Assembly: GCA_951406725.2 (NCBI GenBank)
Contig: OX597830.1
Coordinates: 19,282,001 to 19,346,000 of the forward strand
Reading direction: 5' to 3'
DNA length: 64,000 nt
Source: Octopus vulgaris
Taxonomy: Eukaryota
Below the pieces are notes generated by a model. The model was not told where the DNA came from, did not search any database, and was given only the letters and a program-made list of their open reading frames with translations. The position numbers and the translations under genes were made by a program. Of the stretch, positions 14,200 to 27,090 are shown piece by piece; position 1 is the stretch's first letter; each line of letters starts with the position of its first letter.

Positions 14200-14830
14200 T
14201 TTTGATAACTGCTTCAATGAAAGATGAGAATTGTTGACATGCCTACACTAAATGGTGCTTTTTCATTTTGGAAATCACCTGAACAGTGGCAAACTTGTGA
14301 TTGAAAATGTCGATTAGCTACCATTTCAACAAGCTCCAAATATAATGACCCATGGGATTTAAATCTGGCCAGTTTGAATGCTACATGTTCGGTGTTACAT
14401 GTTTGAAAATACTGTTTTGACATCCTTTCTTGGATTATATAAGTTTCGTGAGAATCTACTGAATCTTGCTGAAACATGTAATAGCCTTCCACTCCACACT
14501 CATCCATCCAACTGTCATCAGTATCTTAAATTATCCAGCAGTATTGATCCTTATATCCTGTGAAAAGACATGAGGTAGCATGGCACGAATTTCATTACTC
14601 ACAACTCCTAAAACCATTCCAGTTGTTGGAAACAGAATCTCCATCATTCTTGGGAACATCGGAAGGATCTACACAAAACCATCTATCATTTCTTCTGTTA
14701 CTCTTTTGGTCTTGGCTGAAGTTTTTCTCAGTAGAGAAGAATCAAAGCCTGTTATGTTCCTGAGGGTTTTTAACCTTGTTAAGTAACCACTTGACAGACA
14801 ATGCATTTGCCACTCCTCAGTAGATATGAC
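14200..14830 (-). mobile_element. Degenerate Tc1/mariner (maT/DD37D-like) transposase
   Basis: YMFQQDS..SH and WPSNWPDLNPM-like segments across frameshifts. Confidence 0.7.
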
Positions 14831-16084
14831 TAGTATCGAATGTTCTTCATACACTACTATTTCATCTGAAGTCCTTTCGTGATGACCCTCATTAATTTTC
14901 TAGAACCATTATCAATGTTTTGAATCTGTGGGATGAATTATGGTGTCCTTATAGTATCTGAACATTCAGAATACATTTTTTTGTCTATGATACAGTTGAA
15001 ACATTCCTGCCTGTGTCTTCTACTTTCATTGAAACTTTATGTTTTTGATCAGGGAATCCTTACAAAAATGGCTACGACGGTCAAGATTTCTCTTGGTTGA
15101 AACTTTAAAGGTGTGATTTTAATTATATTATTAATGATAGTTTTAGGATGATATGATTGTTTTTTTATTATATATAAACAAGGGTTTAATTTTGTTTACA
15201 GCATGAATAAAATGGCAAATTATTCACATTTACAGTAGGGTGGCTTCAGTGATATTCTCTTCGGTTAGTATTTTAAATATGCCATTTTTAAAGAACGGGT
15301 TTTATTTTTCATAACTCTTTAACTGGTGGTAAAAACCTCCTAAATCACTCACCTCAGCTGAATAATACGTCCCCATACTGTTATGAAATGGAATAGATGT
15401 AGATTTAAAATTCGTATTGCTTTATGATATTGTAAAGTTGTTTGTCGAACAAGCAACAATTTTCTTCCTTTTGCTCGTGATAGTTCTAGGGCGCTCATAA
15501 GTAAAGGCTTAGCGATAGATTAGTAATACTCCTGTATATTAAGCTGTAGGACCTTGTATTGTTCCACTCTAGGTATAGATTTAGTCGATTCTATAATTGT
15601 ATGCATTATTCTAAAGTGACAGAACTGATAGCTGCTTCGAGTTGATACTTGTTTATGAGATTATTAGATTTAATCGAGTTTTGCTGATTTTACCGATGTC
15701 TGTTATGGCGGGGTTAATTAAGCGAATGATTGATTCCTGTAGGAAATTTCGCTTAAAACCTTTAAAAGTGATGTGATTGAGTATTCATGGTTCCAATCAA
15801 TATGTTGTATCTAATTCCGACGTTATATTCAATCTTTGATTGTGTGTCTACTTAAGTGTATTCCATTCCACTTTTCTGTGACTGAATTAGCGACGTGTCC
15901 AATGTATAATGGTTTGTTGTTTACATATATACTACTTTTATTCTTGACTGACTTCACTTATGATTAGCTGAAATTTTTTGTCATTTAATTTTTGGTTCAG
16001 TTTGTTTAGGAACTCATTATAACGCTTCCTAAATTTTATATTCTTTAATTCGTGCACAAAGATCATATATTGTTTCTATATGAC

Positions 16085-16440
16085 CAGAAGAGAATTAATG
16101 CATTCGAGCTTTGGTGTGGGAGAAGACTTTTACGGATTCCATAGAGAGCGAGGCTCACCAATGGAGAAGTTCTTAAGCAGATCAGGCCGAAAATGTCGCT
16201 AGAAGCTAGGATCACCAAGCATAGATTGGCATATTTTGGTCATATTATGCGGAGAAAATCCCTGGAGAAGGACATCATGCTCGGAATGGTCAGTGGCAAG
16301 AGAGGAAGAGGCCGATCAAGAACCCGCTGGCTTGACACCATCAAGAGTGATACCGGAATGGACACAGCCAATCTGAAAGAAGCGGCCCAAGATATAACTG
16401 ACTGGAGGACACTGATCCATCGAGTCGACTTCGACTGAGC
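16085..16440 (+). mobile_element. RTE-clade LINE 3' fragment
   Basis: AFELWCGRRLLRIP...LAYFGHIMRRKSLEKDIMLG...RGRGRSRTRW, followed by (GATA/GACA)n. Confidence 0.88.
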
Positions 16441-16441
16441 G

Positions 16442-16495
<54 letters not shown>

Positions 16496-16512
16496 TAGAC
16501 AGATAGACAGAC

Positions 16513-16561
<49 letters not shown>

Positions 16562-17705
16562 TGAAAAGAAACTTATAATAAACGGGCATTCAGACAAAAA
16601 ATGTCCACCTATAGGACACAAAATTTATAAAGCCTTTAAATGCTATCGATGCAAAGTATATCCCAAAAAACAACGTATTTATTTTTTATGATACGACCCT
16701 CTGAGTCCCCTGAATCTTATCGTAGTTTTAGGCATTGCGTAACCCCACCGAAGTTCTAGCTTCCAGACAATATTTGAATGTTCCATCAGACACCTTCCAT
16801 AACGATCTATACTGATATTCTATCGAAAATGTGACTTTGTATTTTATTTCTGTTATCTTAAAACTTCTAAATAGCATTATCATCTCCTTTGTTCCATCGT
16901 AATTATAACTTATTACTTTCGTTTTCTTACTCAATTTAGTTTACAGTTGTTTCAATCTCAATATTTTATGTAAATACCTTTCCCATAAGTACGATTTTCT
17001 GCTACAAATACCTTATAGACAGACCTACAGCTACATACATTCTTCTTAATCCAGCTATCTAAAACTTCTACCTGAGCTAAACCTGTCATAAATGGAACAC
17101 AGAGAAATTAGAAAGTGAGAGTAAGTACTCTAAATATCTAAGTACACGTACTCTAAATATCAACACGATCAAACATACTAGTACCCTTGTTTTCATTCAT
17201 CTACCTAAAGTACAGTCATTTATACTACATAAAGGCAAACATCTTTATTTGTTGCATTTATAGACCATTTTGTTATCACGGCGTAATTGGCAATATAATG
17301 CATAACATATTTTACTTCACTCTCTATATATTATGAATAAACTTTATATTGGTATTAAAAGATCACTGAACCAAAACACGAACACGACGACACTCACCGA
17401 ATGGAAATAAAATATAGTTGTCAATACAATTCCTTAGAATCTTGAAAAGATTATTGCTTATGGCTTGCCCATTGCTATTCAGATATCAACGCACCGACAT
17501 ACTTTTACGTCTCCAAAAGTTTCTACAGCTTTTATGCGTTGTATACGACTCTCATAAAACAAGGTAACAATGATGTATGTGTATGTAGTACAAGTAGTAG
17601 TAGTACTAGTAATAGTTGTTGTTGCTGTTGCTGTTGTTGTAGCAGTAGTAGTAGCGATTGACAATAAAACAGTATTTGAAGATCTCCAAACTTGTTAAGT
17701 GTGTG

Positions 17706-17772
<67 letters not shown>

Positions 17773-17826
17773 ATATATACATAAACATATATATATTTAT
17801 ATTTAAATAAACTTATATATATAAAC

Positions 17827-17878
<52 letters not shown>

Positions 17879-19002
17879 ATGTAGATATATATATATATAA
17901 ACATCTATGTATGTATATATATATCTATATATATCTCTCTCTATCTGTATATATTTAATCATGTTTATATATCTATCTATATCTATCAGTGTATGTATGT
18001 ATGTATGTATGTATGTATGTATGTATGTATGTATGTATGTATGCATGTATGTATGTAGTATGTATGTATATATATATATATACATATGTATATTACTGTA
18101 TGTAGAATGTTGGCGATTTTTTCCTCCGTCTTACTTTTCTTTCGGACTTCCCTCTGTTTCATGTCTCTGAAGAAGAGCTTTGCTCAAAACGTTAAATACC
18201 CCTCTGTTCCTTTTGTTCCAAACCAAAAACAGTGTACGCCAGAGGATGACCCTACGTATATCACAGATTGAAATACAGAAAAATAGCATTTAGCGAACAC
18301 ATCGACATTTGTGCCATTAACGAACAACCCAACTTCAGAATTTTTCCCCTCTATAAATTCAGAGACAATTCAACCTATAATTAGCGCATTAGCAAAGAAT
18401 CATATTTTATCGCAAGATATAAATCCCTTTCGAATGCTTCCACCACAGATGACACCACTACAAGGATCTTAGAATAGTAGCCACACAAATATTAAAAACG
18501 ATATATTTAGAACAGTCACTGCCCATGAAATTATTCAGAACAATTCCAATCACTACTGTTATAACCACAACATGTCACTTTTAGGTCACTTGACCATTCA
18601 AGAAGACTCTACGAACAGCCTACTGCAGTCATACCACTCTTTTTCTTCTTCTTTCTCTTCTTTTCTCCCCTTCGTCATCCTCCTCCTCTTTGTTCTTCGC
18701 CGTCTCTTTCCTTGGTACTGCTGCTTAACCAGTCAAAATCCAGAATCAACACCCCTCATATTAAATATTTCTTCGATCTGCTTCTACCTACCTACTTCAA
18801 TTGTTTTTCATGCTTTACTCTACGTTGAAGAAGTCGAAAAGGCTGAAACCGGTACTAAAATGTTCTTCATGATAAAATTATTTTAGCATTCTCTACCTTA
18901 TTTCCCTTATAATATCAACTTGTCTGTTACTTTTCAACCTTCTACACACACACACACACACACATACATACATACATACATATATATATATATAAACATG
19001 TA

Positions 19003-19168
19003 TTGATAGAAATGGTAAGAAAACAAAAGAATGAAAGAGACCTCGATATTATGTGAATAGAGGAATTTATCTGTAAATATAATATGTGACAACTATTCGG
19101 TAGCCATGATAAAACTCCGAGTTTTGGATGTCGGGGTGGAAATCTGCGCCGCCATCTCTTCAGTTATA
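19003..19168 (-). mobile_element. Third copy of the second hammerhead-bearing family (GAAA changed to AAAA), between microsatellites
   Basis: Aligns by eye to the reverse complement of 33125-33290. Confidence 0.7.
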
Positions 19169-19201
19169 TAAACACACACATACACACACACACACACACA
19201 C

Positions 19202-19261
<60 letters not shown>

Positions 19262-19269
<8 letters not shown>

Positions 19270-20753
19270 ATATTTCGGAATGGTCATTTTGCCAGTTTAG
19301 CCAATAAAAACACACGCACTATATATTTGGTGTTATTTTGCTTCAGTGTTATTTATTTTTTACATTAATCTTAATCTTATTTCGGCCAGAGTTCTTTCGT
19401 CACACTCCTGTGACCGCATCAGTGGTCCTTTGTTTTCTTCTTTCTTATTTGTGTCTCTCCTTACTAACCGTCAGCCATTTTGTATTTCTATTGTATGTCT
19501 TCATTTGCGCATGCTTATATCTCTATGTGCATTTATGTTTATTTAGTGTGTGTATGTGGGGGATGCCTGTAATATTTGTATCTTCTGTTTATATATGTTC
19601 ATGTAATTTGTAATTTTATATGTTCATGTAATTTGTATTTTGTTATTTGATTTTGTTGTTTTTGTTTATTCTTATTTTGTTCCTGTGTTTACATCCACTT
19701 ATTATTATCATTACATATGCTTGTATGTATGTATGTATGTATGTATGTATGTATGTATAACAACAATACTAGTAATAATAATAATAAATTGAATCGAAAA
19801 AAAATACATATATATATATATATACATATATACATACATATATATATATATATATAGTTATTTATTTCTATTAGTTTATTTATCTGTGTATTTATTATGT
19901 TTTCAGGATCCTCTATCGTCATATGTTGTGGTGTGTGTTAGTGCTCCATTGTAGTTTTCTATTCAGGCTAGGTTTATTTTCTATTATGTGTGTAGCTTCT
20001 GTAATTTGTCTAATTGTTGCATCTGATCTATGTGTGGATAATATTTTAATTTCTATGTTATTGATTGATCCCCCATATCATAATGTAATAATGAATACTT
20101 AGATAAACATAATCTTAGTAGTTTCTGCCCCAGTAGATGTTTAAGAGGTAGACCGCCCACAATTACTTCTATGGCTAGGAAGACACATATAGAAAGATGG
20201 CGCGGATGGACCAGAGCCATACGGAGCCCCGCAAATGTCCATCAGATAAAGAAAATGATCGCACATGCACTAGGAGCTAGTATAAGAGTTACCCTAAAAG
20301 GCCACACGTTTAAGTTTAATAATAAAATATATGCCCAGGACGAGGGGGCAGCCATCGGCGTTAGTATATACAACAAAACAAAATACAAATTACATGAACG
20401 TATAAAATTACAAATTACATGAACATATATAAACAGAAGATACAAATATTACAGGCATCCCCCACATACACACACTAAATAAACATAAATGCACATATAA
20501 GCATGCGCAAATGAAGACATACAATAGAAATACAAAATGGCTGACGGTTAGTAAGGAGAGACACAAATAAGAAAGAAGAAAACAAAGGACCACTGATGCG
20601 GTCACAGGAGTGTGACGAAAGAACTCTGGCCGAAATAAGATTAAGATTAATGTAAAAAATAAATAACACTGAAGCAAAATAACACCAAATATATAGTGCG
20701 TGTGTTTTTATTGGCTAAACTGGCAAAATGACCATTCCGAAATAAAACAATAT
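19262..20753. mobile_element. Penelope-like element with ~380-bp inverted terminal repeats, a GIY-YIG endonuclease C-terminal remnant (-) and an RT remnant (+)
   Basis: Arms 19262-19645 and 20372-20753 are near-identical reverse complements. Minus ~19920-20070 reads RSDATIRQITEATHIIENKPSLNRKLQW. Plus ~20171-20367 reads HTFKFNNKIYAQDEGAAIGVS (PLE RT QxxGxAxG motif). Confidence 0.85.
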
Positions 20754-20806
20754 CTGTTTCAACACACGACTTCACATAAAAAATCTTGCACAACAAATAT
20801 TTAAAC

Positions 20807-20922
<116 letters not shown>

Positions 20923-23212
20923 GTTCGTGTGTGCATATATATATATATATATACATGACAAATATAATGAGTAAGATTGTGAGACAAGGAAGAGACAAAC
21001 GAACAATACATGATATTAAAAAAGCAAAGTAAAGCGAACGCTGAAACAGCCTAAGAATATGAAATGAAAAAATTACAGTGGAAGAACGTGTACATTGAAA
21101 ATACGCCAATGAAAGAAGCAGAAGCGAATTTGATATTTCGGGTAATACTCTTTATCAAAGAGGAGAGAAAGGAATAAGAAATGTAGGAGATAGTATAAAT
21201 AATAACGAATCACATGGTAGGCTTGGTGTAATGTGATAGGTGGAATGTGGGATACTAGGACCAGAAATGGCGCCACAATCTGGTTGACAGTGAGAGAATG
21301 AGAAAGAAAATAAGTGGGGAGAGAGTGGGAGAAAGGTGAGGAAGAGAGATAGATGAAAGGTGATGAGTGTTGTGTGAGTGTATGTGTGAGAGAGAGAGAG
21401 AGAAGAACCACAGGAAAAGAAATGAGAAAACAAATCTTCAAACATGAAGCTGAAATTCAAGCCTTTTAATTGCATTTCTATAGGGTTACCAATGGTACCA
21501 AAGATTACAAATGGTTTCAGTTTGCTATCTCTGCTTGTGTTGTTACTAAACATTGAAATTAGTCGATCTTTCGAAACTTTAAATACAGACATTGACGATT
21601 CTTAGTGGTATTTTTTTTTAATCTCCAAAAGAATCCTTCCCCATCCACATTGAAAACTTGTCTTCACAAGTAATTTCCCCCTCCAGTAATTTTTTCTTAA
21701 ATTTTGTGGACAAAATTTTACTGCTTCATCCGCTGTGCTTCTTTATATTAAGCCAACCTGCTCTCTTCTAGCGCCCAAACCATCCACGGTTTAAAGAAAG
21801 GTGTTTTCTTTACAATCTTCTTTTTTTATCCTTTAGCGCTGTAAGGATGGAAAAAGCTTCTGTACAAATTGCAGTGAAAGTATCGCCGGGGAAAATGCTT
21901 AATGGCATTTCGTCTGTCTTTATGTTCTGAGTTCAAATTTCGTGGTGGTCGACTTCGTCTTTCGTCTTTTCGGGGTCGAGAAAATAAGTACTAGTCGAGC
22001 ATTGGGATTCATGTAATCAATTTAAACCTGCCCCTGAACTTACTGGCCTTGTGCCAAAATTTAGAACCAATATTCATGCTTAACCAGCAATCTATATTGT
22101 TAAAAATCTTTATTTGAAGAGTGACACAATTTTTTTTACTTCCGAGTCAAATAGATTGCATAGAATGCGCATTCATAACTCCATCCAAATATTTCTACAT
22201 CTCTTTCAAAATTGTACGGACGGATAAGTTCAAATGAGTATTTTTCAAAAATCGTTTTTAGCACAGCGCCCATGGTCCTTTTTTTTAGGACCAGAAGGAC
22301 AATCCATCATACTTCTGCAATACCTGTATTTTTTCGAGATACCTTAAGTTAGTCATCAAGACTGGAGCGTCTTTTAAATATTCTTTTCTACTCTAAGCAC
22401 AAGGCCCGAAATTTTGGGGGAGGAGGCCAGTCGATTAGATCGACTCCAAAAGGATAAAAGGCAAAGTCGACCTCAGCAGAATTTGAACTCTTTCAAATAT
22501 TGTAACAAAATGTTTTTATATATTTAGTATCAGATAAAGTTGTATAAAAAAGTTTTTAGATAATAAATCAAATAAAACAATTTGTGGACTAAAGTGTTAA
22601 TGGTATTTCCAGCATGGTGCTACCTTATAATTCCATACATTTTTTCCCAAAGTTATGGTTCCTTCTAGTTTCTTATTTAATGTTCCAGTTAGTGTACTAA
22701 TGTATTTTGGTATGTTAAAAAAAAAAGGATGCCCAATATTCTAAAAGAAAGACAGAGAACGGAGCAGTCAAGGAAAGTATTCTAAGATGTCTCGTAAACA
22801 TTCACTTGTTAATAAAAAAAAATAGCGCATTTCAATTGCAGCAAATACGTTGGTCCACAGCAAAGGAAACTGGGAGTTGCTGGCTCTCGCCGACATAATG
22901 TGGCCTTTAGCTTAGCTGATAAATGCATTCATTGCTTTCAGACAGCCCACATTGAGTTATAAACAAATTAACAAACAAAAAATATTGCTTTTTATTTTTG
23001 CCGCTGAAAATTCTCATAGAACTATAAAGTTGTGAAAAACAAACGCTGAGAGTGAGAACTACCTGTGTATAATTGTATATTTTCATATAAACACTCATAT
23101 ATACGTAATTTGAACATTAACCATAGTATTATGATTTTTTTTTACCAGAGAGGTATCTGAGACTATATACAGAAGTGGCAACAAAAGAGAGCAAAAGAAA
23201 TAGAAACCGAAG

Positions 23213-23291
23213 ATGACAGCGGATACCATACATCCAGAGAGGAAGTTGGGGTTACTAAAGGGAATTTCTATGATAGTCGGTACCATGATTG
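23213..23291 (+). CDS. SLC7A9: SLC7A9-like amino acid transporter, coding exon 1 (MTADTIHPERKLGLLKGISMIVGTMIG)
   Basis: ATG at 23213 with in-frame TAG at 23201. Encodes the TM1 start typical of SLC7 light chains (LGLxxGISxIVGTxIG). Donor G|gtaagt, phase 1. Upstream acceptor tttttttaccag ends at 23148. Confidence 0.85.
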
Positions 23292-23363
23292 GTAAGTAAA
23301 ATATTTTGATATTCAACTCATATTCTGAGTAATTAGAATATTAGTCGAGGTCTTCGTTTAAAC

Positions 23364-23687
23364 CAATGATTCTCAACCATTTTGTTTTTACCTGTGGACT
23401 CCTTTGATCACTATTCTATTCTAGCGGGCCCTGAAAGCCAACTGATGTTTAAATACTAATTTTATAGACGCTTCTTTCAAAATACGTATTTTGTTCTTCA
23501 CACATCAACCAGTTTAGGTTGAACTACGTAAAATGTTAAAGAAAGAAATCAAGTTGTTTCTTGCTATAAATACATCTATATGAACATTGTTTCATGAGCC
23601 CTTAAAATACTACTGTGGATCCTTAATTTACTATTTTGCTTGCGTGAACTCCAAAAGTCTTATATGGACCCCATTTGAGAACCACTG
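23364..23687. mobile_element. hAT-type MITE
   Basis: caatgattctcaa ... ttgagaaccactg; 8-bp TSD gtttaaac/gtttaagc. Confidence 0.75.
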
Positions 23688-23945
23688 GTTTAAGCAACCT
23701 TGTAATATTTTTTACATTGTCTTTGCAATTTTCAGAATTATTTAATAGTTTGTTCAACTTCCTCTTGGTTGTTTCTGACTAGTTCTGAACTACAACAGGC
23801 ATAGGCAACCTTTCATGAGAAGCAGATTGCATGAAACATGACTTGTCATCAAGCGGGTCGCACTACTGAAAATAAAAGTAATTTTCTTTGGCGTGCTATT
23901 CGGAAAAATCCGCGGATAGCAGGTTGTCCAATGACTGATCTAGAA

Positions 23946-24241
23946 CAATACTACTCAAAGTGGTGGTCCGCGGACCGGAACCAGCTCGCGAGCCATCAGC
24001 TGCTGGTACACGGCGAGTTTCCAGAAAAGAAAGAAACATCACAAAATGCTTATGTAATATTGTAATATTTGTTTGCAAAATAAATATAAGATTAAAAAAA
24101 TGGTCAACTCTTATTATATTCATTATATATATATTGTTTCCGGTATAAATTAATATTGCTAAGAAATATTACTGGTCCCTGGCACATTGGAGAGAAAAAA
24201 CCCCTGCTGGTATTCCACATCAGATAGTTTGAGAAGCACTG
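23946..24241. mobile_element. hAT-Charlie-like MITE
   Basis: caatactactcaaa ... tttgagaagcactg in an NTCTAGAN target site. Confidence 0.7.
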
Positions 24242-25269
24242 GTCTAGAGGATACTCATTGTTGATATGTACGACATAATGCAACAATGCATGGAGTAACG
24301 TGGTCAGTTGTTACACCGTTGTGATTTTACAGACTATAGATATGCGATGTGAAGTAAGGATGCCCAATATTCTAAAAGAAAGATAGAGAATGGAGCAGTC
24401 AAGGAAAGTATTCTAAGATGTCTCGTTAACATTCACTTGTTAATAGTAAAAAAAGAATGACGCATTTCCATTGCAGCAAATACGATGGTGCACAGCAAAG
24501 GAGACTGGGAGTTGCTGGCTCTCGCCGACATAATTTGGCCTTTAGCTTAGCTGTTAAATTACAAACTGTATTAATGTGTTGTCATTACAGTGTTTGCTGT
24601 GATGTTACAGTGTGGGACACCGTTGGCTATAACTAAGGAAGTGAGCCCCTCCTCTAACTTTGGTTCATCATAACTTACTTTAAAATGCATATTTTTTAAT
24701 GAAATTTTTCAGAGATGCATTTTAGGTTGTGCAGATTATAATTATGCCAGAATAAGTTGCAAAAATATCGGGGTTGGGGTGAAGAAAGTTTCGTATGATT
24801 TCCCCATTTCTAGATCTTGCTCATGACTTTCATAAAGATGCACGCTTTTTCAATGAACTTTTTCAGATGTATTTTTGGATGGTGTAAATTACGATTATGT
24901 AAGAAAAAATTGAAAAAACAATTTTCTTTTGGAAGATCATTCCCTCTACCAATCAAACTTTGTCAAATGTATATATCTTTTAATGAATTCCTCGAGAGAT
25001 ATGTTTCGGTGTATAGAGTATGTTTATCTTGATTACATTGGGAGATTGGAAGGGTGGCTAGAATTTGAAGGAGTTTCTGATCGCCCTCCGGTTTAGGTTT
25101 ATATATGTTCTTTTTTATTGCTAGGATAATATCCCTCTCTGTTTTCCGCTGCTTTGCCCCCGCCTTTTTTTCTCCATAAATTTTTTTTTTAATTTTTGAA
25201 CTGTATATTAGTTCTATAAAATTCTATGAAACTGCATGTGATAGAAATATGTGAAAAGAACAAATATAT

Positions 25270-25955
25270 AAGAACCTTCCGGTCCAGAGAACAAGGTGTC
25301 ATCATTTCACTTTTCTCCTCCTTTGTACGGCCACACCTCGAATACCGCTGCCTCTTGTGGTCTCCCCATATAAAACAAAACATCTCGAGGATTGAATCAC
25401 TCCAGAAGACACTCAATAAACGAATTGAAGGCATGACTGATCTCGATTACTGGGACCGCCTCAAAGCCTTGAAACTCTACTCTCTCCTGCACCGCCGCGA
25501 GCGGTACATCATTTGTACGAGGGAATATACCACCAGCATTGCCCAAACGACCTGAACATTAGTTTCAAGGTTCATCCAAGGCTGGGACCACGGGCCATAC
25601 GTCCCCTGCCCAATTCAGGATCACAAAATATAGGTACACTGCAACATAATTCCTTTTCCTCAACAGGCTTTGCCCTGTTTAACATTGTCCCGAAAGAGAT
25701 CAGAGAGGAAAAGTATCCCATCACCTTTAAACGAAGTCTGAACAGATTTCTTCTGAAGGTTTCTAAACGTGGAGGCAAACGCCTCGCGCGATATTAATCA
25801 CTTTACACAACAAAATTTCACTGTCTAATCACAGATAACAACACGCAAATAGATTTCGGACAGGTGTTCGATAATCCTATCAGGTGGTGCCATCAAGTTA
25901 GACATGGCCTGGAACAATCTTTGGTCGAGACATATCTAAATTTTATCTAAGTTTC
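25270..25955 (+). mobile_element. CR1-like LINE 3' fragment
   Basis: FVRPHLEY..LWSP...IESLQK...YWDRLKALKLYSLLHRRERYII. Confidence 0.85.
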
Positions 25956-26672
25956 ACATATATATATATATAATGAGAAAAATATGTATTCAAAAGAAAA
26001 AAAGACGTGGCTTTGTGGATAGGGCATTCGGCTCACGATCGAAAGGTTGTGAGGTCGATTCCTGGCGTCGCATTGTGTCCTTGAGCAAGACTCTTTACTT
26101 CAAGTTACTCTAATCTACTCAATAGGCAAAAATAAGTATTACCTGCATTTCGAAAGACCAATCTTGTTACATTTTGTGTCGTACTGAATCTTCTTGAGAA
26201 CGACGTTAAAGATACTCGTGTCTGCGGAGGGTTCAGCCACTTGCACGTTTGTTTAATGAGCCGGCTGTTCCGTTGATCGGATCAACTCGGATCGCTCGTA
26301 GTCGTAACCGACGGAGTGTCCAAACATGGAATTCAATAACTGAAGTGTTAACAGTGTACTCACCTTCCCACAAAAATTCCTATAATAATTTTCCAGAGCC
26401 AAATGAGACGGAAAACGATGACGGAGGGGAATTATCGAAAAATCCAAAAAGAAATAAATAAAATAAAGAAAAAACATTATCCCCTCACGATCGTAATTTT
26501 CATCGTCAAAAATGTATCTCTCAAAACTTTCAGTAAAAAATTTGCATTTGAAACAAAATTACGAGGTAAAAAAAACACTACTAAAGAAGTGTGCCACCCC
26601 ACCCGTCTTTATTTCGTCATAACTTTCTTTAAATGCATACTTTGTTATGAAAATATCTTGAGATACATTTTA

Positions 26673-27090
26673 GGATCTTTTCGGTTTGAACGGCAGTTTT
26701 TTTCTAGCGGTGTCATATGAAATTGTCACCCATAATTATGACCCTAGTATCGATCTATTGCTTTTCAATGTTTTAGGGTTAGGGTTGGTTAGGGGTGGGG
26801 AAGGGTATCTTTTTTTTTTCATAAATGTAAATAAACCCAACCTGTTTCTTAAACGGGGGACATATTCATACGGCACAGAATTTTTTTACCTCAATAGACG
26901 TCATTGATTGGTTGAAATTGCAGAAATTGAAGAAAAAACAACCACAAATATCTCACAAACTATAGAATTTTCTCAAGAAAGCCAAGAGAAAAAGATGTTT
27001 TATAAACACATTCTACCAGTATACGAAGTTTAAAATTTTTTAGTTACCTAGAAATTATGTTAAAAACTGCCGTTCAAACCGAAAAGATCC
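26673..27090. mobile_element. MITE with perfect 29-bp TIRs and 8-bp TSD (Merlin-like)
   Basis: GGATCTTTTCGGTTTGAACGGCAGTTTTT at both ends, inverted; ACATTTTA duplicated on both sides. Confidence 0.88.

Larger units (their letters stand above)
22725..24553 (+). repeat. ~195-bp direct repeat pair (22725-22918, 24356-24553) flanking coding exon 1
   Basis: aaggatgcccaatattctaaaagaaag...ggcctttagcttagctg present twice with few differences. Confidence 0.9.

Noticed and set aside
15062-15115. AAAATGGC YY1-like motif / possible first exon
   Set aside because: Short motif, ORF stops after 10 codons, and no evidence links it to the gene.
26773-26797. TTAGGG telomere-like repeats
   Set aside because: Only about three imperfect units, internal to a MITE.
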